Origin: an uncultured Methanosarcinales archaeon
GTDB lineage: Archaea; Nanobdellota; Nanobdellia; Woesearchaeales; CAIVOO01
NCBI GenBank assembly: GCA_964485195.1
Contig: CAZAIK010000007.1
Location: 62,001-87,144 of the forward strand
Length of the DNA stretch: 25,144 nt
Direction of reading: 5' to 3'
A model generated the notes under the pieces. The model ran no database searches. It had not been told where the DNA came from and worked only from the letters and a program-made list of their open reading frames with translations. The first letter of the stretch is position 1. Each line of letters starts with the position of its first letter. The translations under genes were made by a program, and so were the position numbers. This document shows, piece by piece, positions 1-8,695 of this stretch.

Positions 1-639
1 CAGGTCTTTTGATTTCTGCTTAAATTCCTGTATCTCCACTATTTCTCCGCCTAATCCCGTGAATCTTTCATTGAAAACTTCCTTCAGCCCATAGCACCAG
101 TCGCTCAGGCAGGACAATACTGCCGCTTTCCTTACACCCAAGTCATTATAAGCGTATTCAGCAGCGAATTTTCCCTGAAAAGAGTCAGAAGGGTAATCCC
201 TGAATATGAAATCCCCTGCATTTGTTATGTCCGGGTTTGAAGAGCAGGGCGAAATCATTACAACCTGGTTTTCTTCTGCAATTGAGGTTGCAGCCATGGT
301 TTCTGAAGAGCATAGCCCTCCTATGATGTAATCCACTCCATCAACGTTAATTAACTTGTGTGCAACATTGGAAGAATCCTTTCCGAGGCATTTGCCATCC
401 TCATAATATGCAGAAATCCTTTTTCCGTTTATTCCCCCTGCTTCGTTTATCTCATCCACTGCCATTTGCACAGAATTCCTTGTGGCCTGCCCAATGCTTG
501 ATACATCTCCTGACAACGGGCCTATGAATCCCATCTTTATCGGCTCTTCAGTTTGCTTTTTCTCAACTATGACATTGCCTGTTGAGCATCCTGCCAAAAC
601 AAAAACTGAAATCAGTGCCAGAATTAATATTGTTTTCAT
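1..639 (-). CDS. LivJ/LivK-type branched-chain amino acid ABC substrate-binding lipoprotein (3' end outside the window)
   Basis: Manual translation from ATG 639: MKTILILALISVFVLAGCSTGNV...PIKMGFIGPLSGD...EINEAGGINGKRI...EDGKC...FIFRDYPSDSFQGKFAA. LAGC lipobox; paralog of the adjacent gene, separated by 1 nt. Not in the ORF track. Confidence 0.9.
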   Translation of the reverse strand, partial: MKTILILALISVFVLAGCSTGNVIVEKKQTEEPIKMGFIGPLSGDVSSIGQATRNSVQMAVDEINEAGGINGKRISAYYEDGKCLGKDSSNVAHKLINVDGVDYIIGGLCSSETMAATSIAEENQVVMISPCSSNPDITNAGDFIFRDYPSDSFQGKFAAEYAYNDLGVRKAAVLSCLSDWCYGLKEVFNERFTGLGGEIVEIQEFKQKSKDL

Positions 640-640
640 T

Positions 641-1768
641 TCATTCCCTCCTCACAGGCATTCCGTTTTTTATAATCATAATAACGTGATTAGCTTCGGA
701 AATGTCCCCGTTTTCGTCAAAAGAAATTGTGCCAGAAGCCCCTTCATATTCCCTGACTTTGTAAAGTTCTTCTTTCACTGCAACAGGGTCATCTCCTGCC
801 TTCTCAATTGCGTTTTTAATAAGGTAAATAGCATCATATCCCTGTGTTGCGCAAAGTGTTATCTCTGCATCTTCACCAAACCTTTTATGAAATTTCTGTG
901 CAAAATCTTCAGGCGTGTTTATGTTGGTTATGGCATACATAACGCCTTCTGAGTACTCTCCTGTGCTTTCCCATATGGTTTGGTCTGTCCAGGTTGTAGG
1001 GCCGATTATGGGAACATTTATCCCAACCTCTTTTGCTTGCTTTAATCCATTTATTGCTGATTCAGTGTAAGATACGAAATAAACCAAATCAGGATCTGAT
1101 TGCTTTATTTTTGTCAAAGATGTCTTTAAATCGGTTGAACCCTGCTCAAATTCCTGAATTTCAACAATTTTGCCGCCAAGCTCCCCGAATCTTTTACTAA
1201 AAACATCTTTTAAACCAACGCAATAATCGCTCAGGCAGGAGATTACTGCAGTTTTCCTGGCGTTAAGCTCATTGTAAGCAAAGTCAGCAACGAATTTCCC
1301 CTCAAAAGTGTCTGAAGGATAATCCCTGAAAATAAAGTCTCCTGCATTTGTAATGTCAGGGCTTGAAGCCCCCGGAGAGATAACAATAGTATTGGAATTT
1401 TCTGCCAATGGCGCCATTGCAAGTGTTGAGGAAGAACATATGCTTCCAACAATATAATTAACTTTGTCTAAATTTATTAACTTGTTCGCTATACTTGCGG
1501 CTTCTTTTGCATTGCATTTGTCATCTTCATAGATTACTTTCAGTTTTTTCCCATTGATTCCCCCTCCATTATTTATCTCTTCAACTGCTAGCTGAACAGC
1601 TTTTTTTGTGCTTTGCCCTAAACTGGCAAGATCTTGCGTTAAAGGAACCATTAACCCAATCTTTATTTCTTTATCTTCCACAGCTTTTTTAGTAATATTG
1701 TTTGAGCATCCTGCTAATGCTATTAATGTTAACACTGCAAGTATCCCTATTAATGCGTGTGTTTTCAT
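641..1768 (-). CDS. LivJ/LivK-type branched-chain amino acid ABC substrate-binding lipoprotein
   Basis: LAGC lipobox, IKIGLMVPLT, EINNGGGINGKKL, EDDKC, FRDYPSD, GYDA, GASGTISFDENGD motifs. Start placed at ATG 1768 behind GGGGTGGAG; the track starts at GTG 1777. Confidence 0.92.
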   Translation of the reverse strand: MKTHALIGILAVLTLIALAGCSNNITKKAVEDKEIKIGLMVPLTQDLASLGQSTKKAVQLAVEEINNGGGINGKKLKVIYEDDKCNAKEAASIANKLINLDKVNYIVGSICSSSTLAMAPLAENSNTIVISPGASSPDITNAGDFIFRDYPSDTFEGKFVADFAYNELNARKTAVISCLSDYCVGLKDVFSKRFGELGGKIVEIQEFEQGSTDLKTSLTKIKQSDPDLVYFVSYTESAINGLKQAKEVGINVPIIGPTTWTDQTIWESTGEYSEGVMYAITNINTPEDFAQKFHKRFGEDAEITLCATQGYDAIYLIKNAIEKAGDDPVAVKEELYKVREYEGASGTISFDENGDISEANHVIMIIKNGMPVRRE

Positions 1769-1878
1769 TTTCTCCACCCCTCATCCAAACGTTTTGTATC
1801 GTCGTAGTGGTAAGGATGAAAACCTGAGTATTATATATATGCTTTTATAATATATTATATATAATATTAATAATATTG

Positions 1879-1900
1879 ATAAAATAGCAATATTTATATA
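1879..1900 (+). promoter_or_regulatory. Archaeal BRE/TATA promoter of the first AbrB-PhoU regulator
   Basis: TTTATATA at 1893-1900, 29 nt before ATG 1922; 20/22 identical to 17408-17429. Confidence 0.65.
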
Positions 1901-1921
1901 TGTGTGGGTCTCTCTACGCAT

Positions 1922-2800
1922 ATGAAGCGGAAGATAGTGAAACTGGGCCCTGCAACCCTTGTGGTAAGCCTTCCCAGCAGGTGGGCAAAGGAATTCAACC
2001 TTAAGCAGGGGGACGAGCTGGAGCTGGAACAGCAGAATTCTGACCTGCTGATAAGCACGGAAAAGGGCTACAAAATCAAGAAAGAAACAGTAGACCTGAC
2101 TAACATTGATGCCCTTATGAAGAGGATTGTCGCTTCCAAATACCTGAAAGGGGCAGATGAGGTAGAAGTAAAGGTTGATTCTCCTGAAAAGTCAGGGACA
2201 ATCCAGAAGCGGGTGGACGAGATGATTGGAATGGAAATTATTGAGCAGGGCAAGGACAGATTGCTGCTCAAGGACATGGGCTCAAGAGAAGACACCTTTG
2301 ACTCAATCCTGAAAAGGGTTCTGTTTTTGCTAAACCAGGTTTCTGAAGAGTCCCTGAAAGCAATTAAGAACAGGGAAACAGGCCTGCAATACCTTGAGAA
2401 CATGGAATTGAACATCAACAGGTTCACGGACTACTGCTTCAGGCTTCTGAACAAGAAAGGGCATTACAATATCAGGAAAACAGCTGTTTATTACTGCATC
2501 TTGTTTTTGCTTGAGGACCTGGGAGATCATTACAAGAAACTGATTCATAATATTAGCGAAAACAAGGTAAGGCTGAGCAATGATTTGATAAAATTGTATG
2601 AAAAAATAAGGAATTATCACAGGAATTTTGAGAAAATGTTTTTGAAATTCAGCTATGAAGAAGCCATTAACCTTGCGAGAGAAAGAGATAAATTAATCAA
2701 GGAAATAAACAAAATCAAGCAAAGAGACATAGCAAAACATTTTGAAAACATTGTTGAGACAATAATAAAGATTATGGGGCAATTGCTTAATATGAATTAG
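1922..2800 (+). CDS. AbrB/MazE-domain + PhoU-like regulator (archaeal phosphate-uptake-regulator family)
   Basis: N-terminal MKRKIVKLGPATLVVSLPSRWAKEFNLKQGDEL (AbrB fold), IGMEIIEQ, helical C-terminus with E-x-x-INRFTDYCFR and LEDLGDHY. ATG 1922 fits a leaderless start. Confidence 0.88.
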   Translation: MKRKIVKLGPATLVVSLPSRWAKEFNLKQGDELELEQQNSDLLISTEKGYKIKKETVDLTNIDALMKRIVASKYLKGADEVEVKVDSPEKSGTIQKRVDEMIGMEIIEQGKDRLLLKDMGSREDTFDSILKRVLFLLNQVSEESLKAIKNRETGLQYLENMELNINRFTDYCFRLLNKKGHYNIRKTAVYYCILFLLEDLGDHYKKLIHNISENKVRLSNDLIKLYEKIRNYHRNFEKMFLKFSYEEAINLARERDKLIKEINKIKQRDIAKHFENIVETIIKIMGQLLNMN

Positions 2801-4842
2801 GGAATGTTTAACGGCCCTATGCCTGGAAGCTTTTCCATAATGTCCTTAATGCTTTTGCCTTCATCTCCTGAAACTATGTCCTGATAAGTGGGGAAACCTT
2901 CAGGGGGTTTCACGATGCCCGCCATCTTCATACCGTCAAAATACCTTACTCCAGTAAGTGCGTTGTAAGCGAGTTTTCTTGCTTCCTGGGTCACAAGGAA
3001 CGCCTCTTCATTCAACGGCCCGTAGGTTGTGAATTCCATTTTGGGAGTATAGAAATCTATCAGGGCTTTTTCAACGCTTCCGTCGTGTTTGCCAAGCAGC
3101 TGTTTAAGCCTGGCAGTTCCTTTTCGCAGGTTTTCTTCTGCATCAATTTCCTCATATATCTTGGAAGAGACGGGGTCCAGTATGTTTACAGTCGGTGCAT
3201 TGTCCTTGCTCAGTGTTGTGCGCAATCCTGCATAAACCTTGTTGACATTCATGATGCGGATTAACAATGAGGGTTCAAGGCCATTCTCTTCAGCGGTTTG
3301 AATGACTATTGGGTCTCCAGCCTCAAAAGAGCTTTTTGTCTTCCCTGTTATGATGTCTGCCATTGCCTTGGAATAGATGCTCTTAAAATGATTATTATAA
3401 TTCGAAAGATGCCCCGCCTGCATATCCCTAAGGACCTCTTCACTTTCCCTCATCTTTTCTATTTCACTTTTAATTAACAGGCTCCCTCCCATCGCAGCAG
3501 CTGCTGCCAAAGGCACTGCCGCGTCCTTCCCCACCTGAAGGAACCTTCTCCTGCTGATTTCTTTTCCTATGCCTTTAAGGCTCTCTTCAGAATCCTCCTC
3601 AATCAAGTCAACAAGGGGGGTGGCGGGATGCATTGCTTCCTGGGACATCAGCGCGTTGGGGTTGTATTTTGATTTCAGTATCTTAAACCCTTCATCAGGA
3701 ACTTCAGAAACTGCTTCCGGAGCTGTTTTTACAACTTCTTCCAAAAATGCTCCGCTCAGCATTCCCTCATCAACAGCCTTCCTTATCCTTCTTAGAGCGG
3801 AATTGTGCCAGACATTTGCCATTCCCTCCAATTTCTTCCTGACGTCTTCCTGCTTGCCGTCAGCCCTGCCAAGATACCTTTTCACAGCCAGCAATTCCTG
3901 CGTTATCTGGTTCTTTGCAAACCTCCTTGCACTTGCTTCCCGATCTTCAGGATTTTCAAACAGTTTTTGTGAGGCATATCTTGCCAGTTTTTCTTCCAAG
4001 GCTTCATTAATGTCTGATTTCGTCAGTAATTTTCCAATGTCAAATTCAGGAAATCCGTTTGATGCAGCATTTGCCCAGTCAAGGTACACACATCTGCTGT
4101 TTGTAAGAACATTCTTCGGATGCCAGTCCCCGTGGATGTTGTATTTTCCTGCTTCATTCAGCTCATCTGCAATATTTTCCCTGAATAGACTGAACAGGGG
4201 CGAAAGCGGGTCTATGTCCAGGTTGTTGTCGTGGAAAAAAAGGTAAAAGTCCTGCATATCCCCGGGAAAATTCAGTTTCTTGCTTACCTCTTCCCTGTTA
4301 ATGTGGGAGAAAAAGGCAGCGTAGTCATCTATTGCTGATTTCAGCAGCTGCTCTTTCTGCTCTTGTGATGCAGTGTCGAGGGCTTCCTTTAGCGTGGTGC
4401 CCTCAATGTATGGAGTTACCATTATTCTCTGCCTTTTGTTCACGAACTGTGGGGACGGGACTATTCCTTCAAATTGGGTTCCCTGAAGATTCTTGTACAG
4501 CTTTTTCTGCACATTGACAGCTTTTTTGAAGTCCTCTTTTTTTGAGGATTTCTTGATTATGTTTCTGATTTCCGCGTTCTGCGTGATCGGAAGTGCTGCT
4601 TCAATAAGATAAGCGTCCTGTTCAACAGTATTAATTGTGATTTCATCAAGGCACCTGATTTGCGGCTCTAATACTTCAACACCTCTCTGCCTGACCAAGT
4701 CCCTTATCTTTCTAAGCTCAGGCCCGCTAATCTTGCCTGATTCAACCAGCTCTTCCAGTTTTGGATAAATAATCTTGTCTACATAATCCAGTGCCTTTCT
4801 CTTTCCAAGCAATCCTCTCAGCGACAGGTTAATCTCTCCCAT
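2797..4842 (-). CDS. Predicted membrane-anchored APH/choline-kinase-like phosphotransferase with a C-terminal degenerate SLT-like domain (681 aa)
   Basis: MVTPYIEG hinge, HGDWHPKNVL catalytic loop, YLDWA metal-binding motif; SRRRFLQ followed by a hydrophobic segment; AEENGLEPSLLIRIM...DAEENLRKGTARLKQLLGKHDGSVEKALIDFY resembles SLT. The kinase call is firmer than the SLT call. Confidence 0.75.
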   Translation of the reverse strand: MGEINLSLRGLLGKRKALDYVDKIIYPKLEELVESGKISGPELRKIRDLVRQRGVEVLEPQIRCLDEITINTVEQDAYLIEAALPITQNAEIRNIIKKSSKKEDFKKAVNVQKKLYKNLQGTQFEGIVPSPQFVNKRQRIMVTPYIEGTTLKEALDTASQEQKEQLLKSAIDDYAAFFSHINREEVSKKLNFPGDMQDFYLFFHDNNLDIDPLSPLFSLFRENIADELNEAGKYNIHGDWHPKNVLTNSRCVYLDWANAASNGFPEFDIGKLLTKSDINEALEEKLARYASQKLFENPEDREASARRFAKNQITQELLAVKRYLGRADGKQEDVRKKLEGMANVWHNSALRRIRKAVDEGMLSGAFLEEVVKTAPEAVSEVPDEGFKILKSKYNPNALMSQEAMHPATPLVDLIEEDSEESLKGIGKEISRRRFLQVGKDAAVPLAAAAAMGGSLLIKSEIEKMRESEEVLRDMQAGHLSNYNNHFKSIYSKAMADIITGKTKSSFEAGDPIVIQTAEENGLEPSLLIRIMNVNKVYAGLRTTLSKDNAPTVNILDPVSSKIYEEIDAEENLRKGTARLKQLLGKHDGSVEKALIDFYTPKMEFTTYGPLNEEAFLVTQEARKLAYNALTGVRYFDGMKMAGIVKPPEGFPTYQDIVSGDEGKSIKDIMEKLPGIGPLNIP

Positions 4843-4975
4843 TTTTTGCCTCAATGAATTTCTTTACAGAATACTCTATGATGTGGCTCTTGTTCCTGAA
4901 AAGCCCCTCTTCCAGCACTTCCTCCAGCTGTTTCAGGAGCTCTTCTTCCACTGTAATGCTTATTTTGGCCTTCAT
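4829..4975 (-). CDS. Small ribbon-helix-helix (CopG/Arc/MetJ) DNA-binding protein, 48 aa
   Basis: MKAKISITVEEELLKQLEEVLEEGLFRNKSHIIEYSVKKFIEAKNGRD matches the RHH pattern; overlaps the kinase start by 14 nt; TTTATAA about 30 nt upstream. Not in the ORF track. Confidence 0.85.
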   Translation of the reverse strand: MKAKISITVEEELLKQLEEVLEEGLFRNKSHIIEYSVKKFIEAKNGRD

Positions 4976-5086
4976 CAAAGGTAGGATTTTATCACACCCT
5001 TATAAAGGTTTCTGTTTTTAACCACTTTAAAGTAATTAACTCTTGAAAATGCGGCATATTCGCCTTAAAATCACAGCACTTAAATA

Positions 5087-5108
5087 TTAGTATGATTTGT
5101 CATACTAA
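5087..5108. promoter_or_regulatory. Probable operator of the MNT-HEPN operon
   Basis: Perfect 9-bp inverted repeat TTAGTATGA-tttg-TCATACTAA between the TATA box (CTTAAATA 5079-5086) and ATG 5111. Confidence 0.65.
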
Positions 5109-5110
5109 AT

Positions 5111-5650
5111 ATGAATAGGATAAAAGCATTGTTTTTTGAGGAAACAGTCAGAAGATGGCATTTTGAGGATATCTTAGAAGCCAGCGGAATGAGCAGGGAA
5201 AGAGTCAATCATTACCTCAAAGAATTGCTTAAAGAAAAACTCATAATAAGGGTCAAGCCAAGAGGCAAGATGCCTTATTACATTGCCAACAGGGAATCTG
5301 AAAAGTTCCGTTCTGAAAAGAGATTTTATGGTTTAGAATTTCTCAAGAAGACAGGATTGTTTGAGCATATAAGATCCTTAGGTGGAGTTAAGACAGCCAT
5401 ATTGTTCGGAAGTTTCAGCAGGGGCGATTTCGGAAAGTCAAGCGACATAGACATTTTCATCTATGGGGATTCAGAGGGATTTGATAAATCAAGATTTGAG
5501 TTGAAGACAAAAAGAGAAATACAATTATTCAGCTATAAGGATAAGAAAGAGATAAAAAAAGAGCTTGACCCAGGTCTGATTCCGAATATTTTAAAAGGAT
5601 TCAACATAAAGGAGAATATAGAACCGTTCAGAGTTGAGATTAATGCCTAG
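5111..5650 (+). CDS. wHTH + minimal nucleotidyltransferase (MNT/MntA-like antitoxin)
   Basis: N-terminal HTH (FEDILEASGMSRERVNHYLKEL) and GS-X10-DXD motif (LFGSFSRGDFGKSSDIDI). Confidence 0.9.
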   Translation: MNRIKALFFEETVRRWHFEDILEASGMSRERVNHYLKELLKEKLIIRVKPRGKMPYYIANRESEKFRSEKRFYGLEFLKKTGLFEHIRSLGGVKTAILFGSFSRGDFGKSSDIDIFIYGDSEGFDKSRFELKTKREIQLFSYKDKKEIKKELDPGLIPNILKGFNIKENIEPFRVEINA

Positions 5651-6101
5651 AGAAAAGAAACCAGAAGAAGTCTACGACGAGCTCATGGCAGAAGGAGCCT
5701 ATGAAGAAGCCAATCTTGACAGGGAAGAAGTCAGGAAAGTGGTTAAGTTAACAATTGAGGACTATGAGTTCGGAAAAAGCCTGAGAAAACTTAGCAACCC
5801 TAATTGGAGGGTAATATTCAACATAAATTATGATGTTCTCAGGGAATTATGTGACCAGCTAATGAGGTTCAAGAAGCAGAAGGCACGCAACCACCAGGGA
5901 TTGTTCGCATTCATACTCCTTAAATTCCCGGAGTTAGAGCTTGACTGGATTTTCTTTGAGGCAATTAGGACAGCAAGGAACCAAAATAAATATAAGGGAG
6001 CTGACATAACAAAAGAGATGTGGAAGAAAGCAGAGATGCAGATGGACCTGTACATCTCAACTCTGAAGAAAGATATTGAAAAAAGATTGGAAGAGAACTG
6101 A
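5643..6101 (+). CDS. HEPN-like protein paired with MNT
   Basis: All-helical, overlaps the MNT stop; YDVLREL, NHQGL and RTARNQNKY motifs (R-X4-Y rather than R-X4-H). Start placed at ATG 5643. Confidence 0.75.
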   Translation: MPREKKPEEVYDELMAEGAYEEANLDREEVRKVVKLTIEDYEFGKSLRKLSNPNWRVIFNINYDVLRELCDQLMRFKKQKARNHQGLFAFILLKFPELELDWIFFEAIRTARNQNKYKGADITKEMWKKAEMQMDLYISTLKKDIEKRLEEN

Positions 6102-6240
6102 TTCTTAAAAGATTCTGCATATCTTAGTATTTTACGCATTTATAAACCTTTAGAATCCTAAAACACCCGAATCCTGGCCTTTCCAAGCCAGGCTCACAGG
6201 ATGCAGAATCTATAAATATGAGATTATCCCAACAAGCAGG

Positions 6241-6471
6241 ATGGGAAACAGGCTATTCAGGAAAGGGCCGGATTCAAGCAACCTTCTGGCACTGATAAGG
6301 GAGTCAAGGAGATATCAGGAGATGACAAATGAAGAACTACAGCAAAAAATGGAAAAATACGAACGCTCTTTCTGCTACCAGATGAGGAATATTCTTAGTC
6401 TTGAACAGCCGGTGAAATACAGGGCGATGAGATATGAAATAAGGGAAAGAACAAAAGAAAAAATAAAATAA
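6241..6471 (+). CDS. Small basic hypothetical protein, 76 aa
   Basis: Fills the intergenic gap; TATAAATA at 6211, 30 nt before the ATG. Confidence 0.6.
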   Translation: MGNRLFRKGPDSSNLLALIRESRRYQEMTNEELQQKMEKYERSFCYQMRNILSLEQPVKYRAMRYEIRERTKEKIK

Positions 6472-6475
6472 AAAA

Positions 6476-7597
6476 TCAGGAAATCACTTTTGTTTCTTCC
6501 AGTTCTCCATTAACAACTTCGTAAACAACGAATGGTTTCTCTGTGACTTCCCCGTATTGGTCAAACTTCACAATGCCTGAAGCTCCATAGTATTCCACAT
6601 CATACAATGCTTCCTTCACTTCTTCGCTGTTAGTTGTTCCTGCTTCTTCAATCGCCTGCTCCAGGGCCATCAATGAGTCATATCCGTATTCGCTGTAGAT
6701 TGCCGGCTCTTCACCGTATTTTTCCTTGTATTTCTCCTTGTATCCCACGTAATCTGTCGGCTCTGCAAAAAAAGGAACAAGAACACCTTCAGCAGCCTCT
6801 CCTGCAGATTCTATCAATGATTCCTCCCTTAGTGTTTCTGAGGCGATTATCTGCGATTCAATGCCCAGCTCCTTTGCTTGTTTGAGTATGGCGGGGAATT
6901 CTGCCCTTGCCACAATTACCAGGACCTCAGGGTTTTTTGCCTTTATCTTTGTAAGCTGTGTCCTGAAATCCTTGTCGCCTGATGTAAAAGTCTCTTCTGC
7001 AACTACGTTTCCAAAGCCTTCTTTGAACGCGTCCCTTATTCCGACGCCGTAAGCATCGTTCACATAGAGCACTCCCGCAGTTTCATATTGCCTCTCCTCT
7101 GCAATTTTAACCATTACTTCGGCTTGCGCAGAGTCTGAAGGAACCACCCTGAAAACATAGTCTCCTGCTGTTTTCAGCTCTGGTGTTGATGCTATGGGGA
7201 CCATGTAAACAGTCCTTGTTTCATCTGCCAGGGGAGCAGCTGCCAATGTCGCTCCTGACCCCTCTGCAGCTATTACAATGGGATAGCCATTTACATTGAC
7301 AAACTTGTTCATTGTGGAGACTGCTGCCTTTGAGTCAAGGTGCGTGTCTTCATAAACAAGTTTTACCTCTCTTCCGAGCACTCCACCTTCATTGTTAATT
7401 TCCCCTGCTGCAAGGTCAAGACCATTCTTTATGGCATTTCCGTAAACAGCTGCATCGCCTGAAAGCACGGTGAAAACACCTATTTCTATAGGCTCCTTTG
7501 TTTTCTGTTCCAGATAAACGACATTGCCGCTTGTGCAACCTGCTACCAAAAATACAGCAAGGATTGCGAACATTGCTATTAAGTATCCTGTTTTCAT
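6476..7597 (-). CDS. LivJ/LivK-type ABC substrate-binding lipoprotein (no adjacent permease)
   Basis: VAGC lipobox, IEIGVFTVLSGD, EINNEGGVLGR, YVFRVVPSD, DFRTQLTKIK, GYDS, GASGIVKFDQYGE; SD GGAGGTGG. Confidence 0.92.
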   Translation of the reverse strand: MKTGYLIAMFAILAVFLVAGCTSGNVVYLEQKTKEPIEIGVFTVLSGDAAVYGNAIKNGLDLAAGEINNEGGVLGREVKLVYEDTHLDSKAAVSTMNKFVNVNGYPIVIAAEGSGATLAAAPLADETRTVYMVPIASTPELKTAGDYVFRVVPSDSAQAEVMVKIAEERQYETAGVLYVNDAYGVGIRDAFKEGFGNVVAEETFTSGDKDFRTQLTKIKAKNPEVLVIVARAEFPAILKQAKELGIESQIIASETLREESLIESAGEAAEGVLVPFFAEPTDYVGYKEKYKEKYGEEPAIYSEYGYDSLMALEQAIEEAGTTNSEEVKEALYDVEYYGASGIVKFDQYGEVTEKPFVVYEVVNGELEETKVIS

Positions 7598-7720
7598 TTT
7601 CCACCTCCAAGTTGTAACTACTTGATGATGACTAGAAACATATACATATATTAAATACTTTTTTCACAAAAACCTTATGTTTGCGTAATATTTATATATA
7701 AGTAACACATATGCTAAAAA

Positions 7721-8683
7721 ATGGCCTTAAAACTGGACGTAAAGGACAAGAAAATCCTTGCCCTGCTGGATGAAAATGCGAGATACAGCAACAGCCAGAT
7801 AGCCAGGAAGGTGGGGCTGAGCAAGCCGGCAGTTGAGTACAGGATCAGGAGGCTGCAGAAAAACAATGCCATCCTTGAATTTTACACCCTGATAGATTTC
7901 AACAAGCTGGGCTATTCCCAGTACAAGATTTATCTCAAGCTTCAGGACGCCACACTTGATGATGAGAAAAAGATAATTGATTACTGGACCGGACAAAAAA
8001 ACATAGTGTGGATTGCCCAAATAAGAGGTCCTTATGATTTAACAGTCTCTGTGCTTGCAGAGAACAACTTTGAGTTCGGGAGGATACTCTCAAACTTTAT
8101 GAATAAATTCTCCCGGTTCATACTTGAAAAGGACGTGCTTATGACAGAGTACTCCCCCATCTATCCAAGGGAGTATCTAACAGAAACAAGCCCTTCAGAA
8201 TTCGTATATGGAATCCCAACAGAAAAATATGAACTGGACGAGGCAGACAGAAAAATCTTGAGGGCCTTGTCAACTAATGCGAGAATTCCTGTTGTTGAGC
8301 TTGCGGAAAAAACAGGCCTGACCAGGGACATAGTCAATTACAGGCTCAGGAAACTGAAAAAGGATAAAATCATATTCCAGTTCAGGTGCTTCCCAAACTT
8401 TTCAAACATTGGCATGATGTTTTACAAGCTAGTCCTGAGAACAAAGAATTTCAATGAGGAATATGAGAGGAAGATAAAGCAATACATCGCCCAGCACAAG
8501 AAAGCCACGCAGCTTCTGAAACTGATAGGCTCCTGGGATCTTGAGATAGAGTTTGAAGTTGAGAATGAAGATGAGCTTTACAAGCATTTAACAGAGATAA
8601 GAAAGAAATTCTCAGATGTTATAAGGGATTTTGACATCATAAGGATAACAGAAACCCACAAATACAATTTTTTTCCTTTTTGA
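7721..8683 (+). CDS. Lrp/AsnC-family regulator with two tandem HTH-RAM units
   Basis: LDVKDKKILALLDENARYSNSQIARKVGLS...GPYDL and LDEADRKILRALSTNARIPVVELAEKTGLT...GSWDL; divergent from the binding-protein gene; TTTATATA at 7691. Confidence 0.92.
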   Translation: MALKLDVKDKKILALLDENARYSNSQIARKVGLSKPAVEYRIRRLQKNNAILEFYTLIDFNKLGYSQYKIYLKLQDATLDDEKKIIDYWTGQKNIVWIAQIRGPYDLTVSVLAENNFEFGRILSNFMNKFSRFILEKDVLMTEYSPIYPREYLTETSPSEFVYGIPTEKYELDEADRKILRALSTNARIPVVELAEKTGLTRDIVNYRLRKLKKDKIIFQFRCFPNFSNIGMMFYKLVLRTKNFNEEYERKIKQYIAQHKKATQLLKLIGSWDLEIEFEVENEDELYKHLTEIRKKFSDVIRDFDIIRITETHKYNFFPF

Positions 8684-8695
8684 GAACAGTGTTGC

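Noticed and set aside
101..114. 14-nt repeat TCGCTCAGGCAGGA, also at about 1227-1240
   Set aside because: It encodes the conserved SCLSD motif of the two paralogous binding proteins; not an independent repeat.
482..952. 156-aa plus-strand ORF and other antisense or nested ORFs (e.g. 3569-4246, 11621-12358, 14738-15301, 21139-21501)
   Set aside because: They overlap well-supported genes and show no recognisable motifs; shadow ORFs.
1829..1878. AT-only palindromes such as ATATTATATATAATAT
   Set aside because: Expected in an almost pure A/T divergent promoter; cannot be told from chance.
6173..6192. Short hairpin CCTGGC...GCCAGG
   Set aside because: 6-bp stem, no U-tract, no second copy seen.
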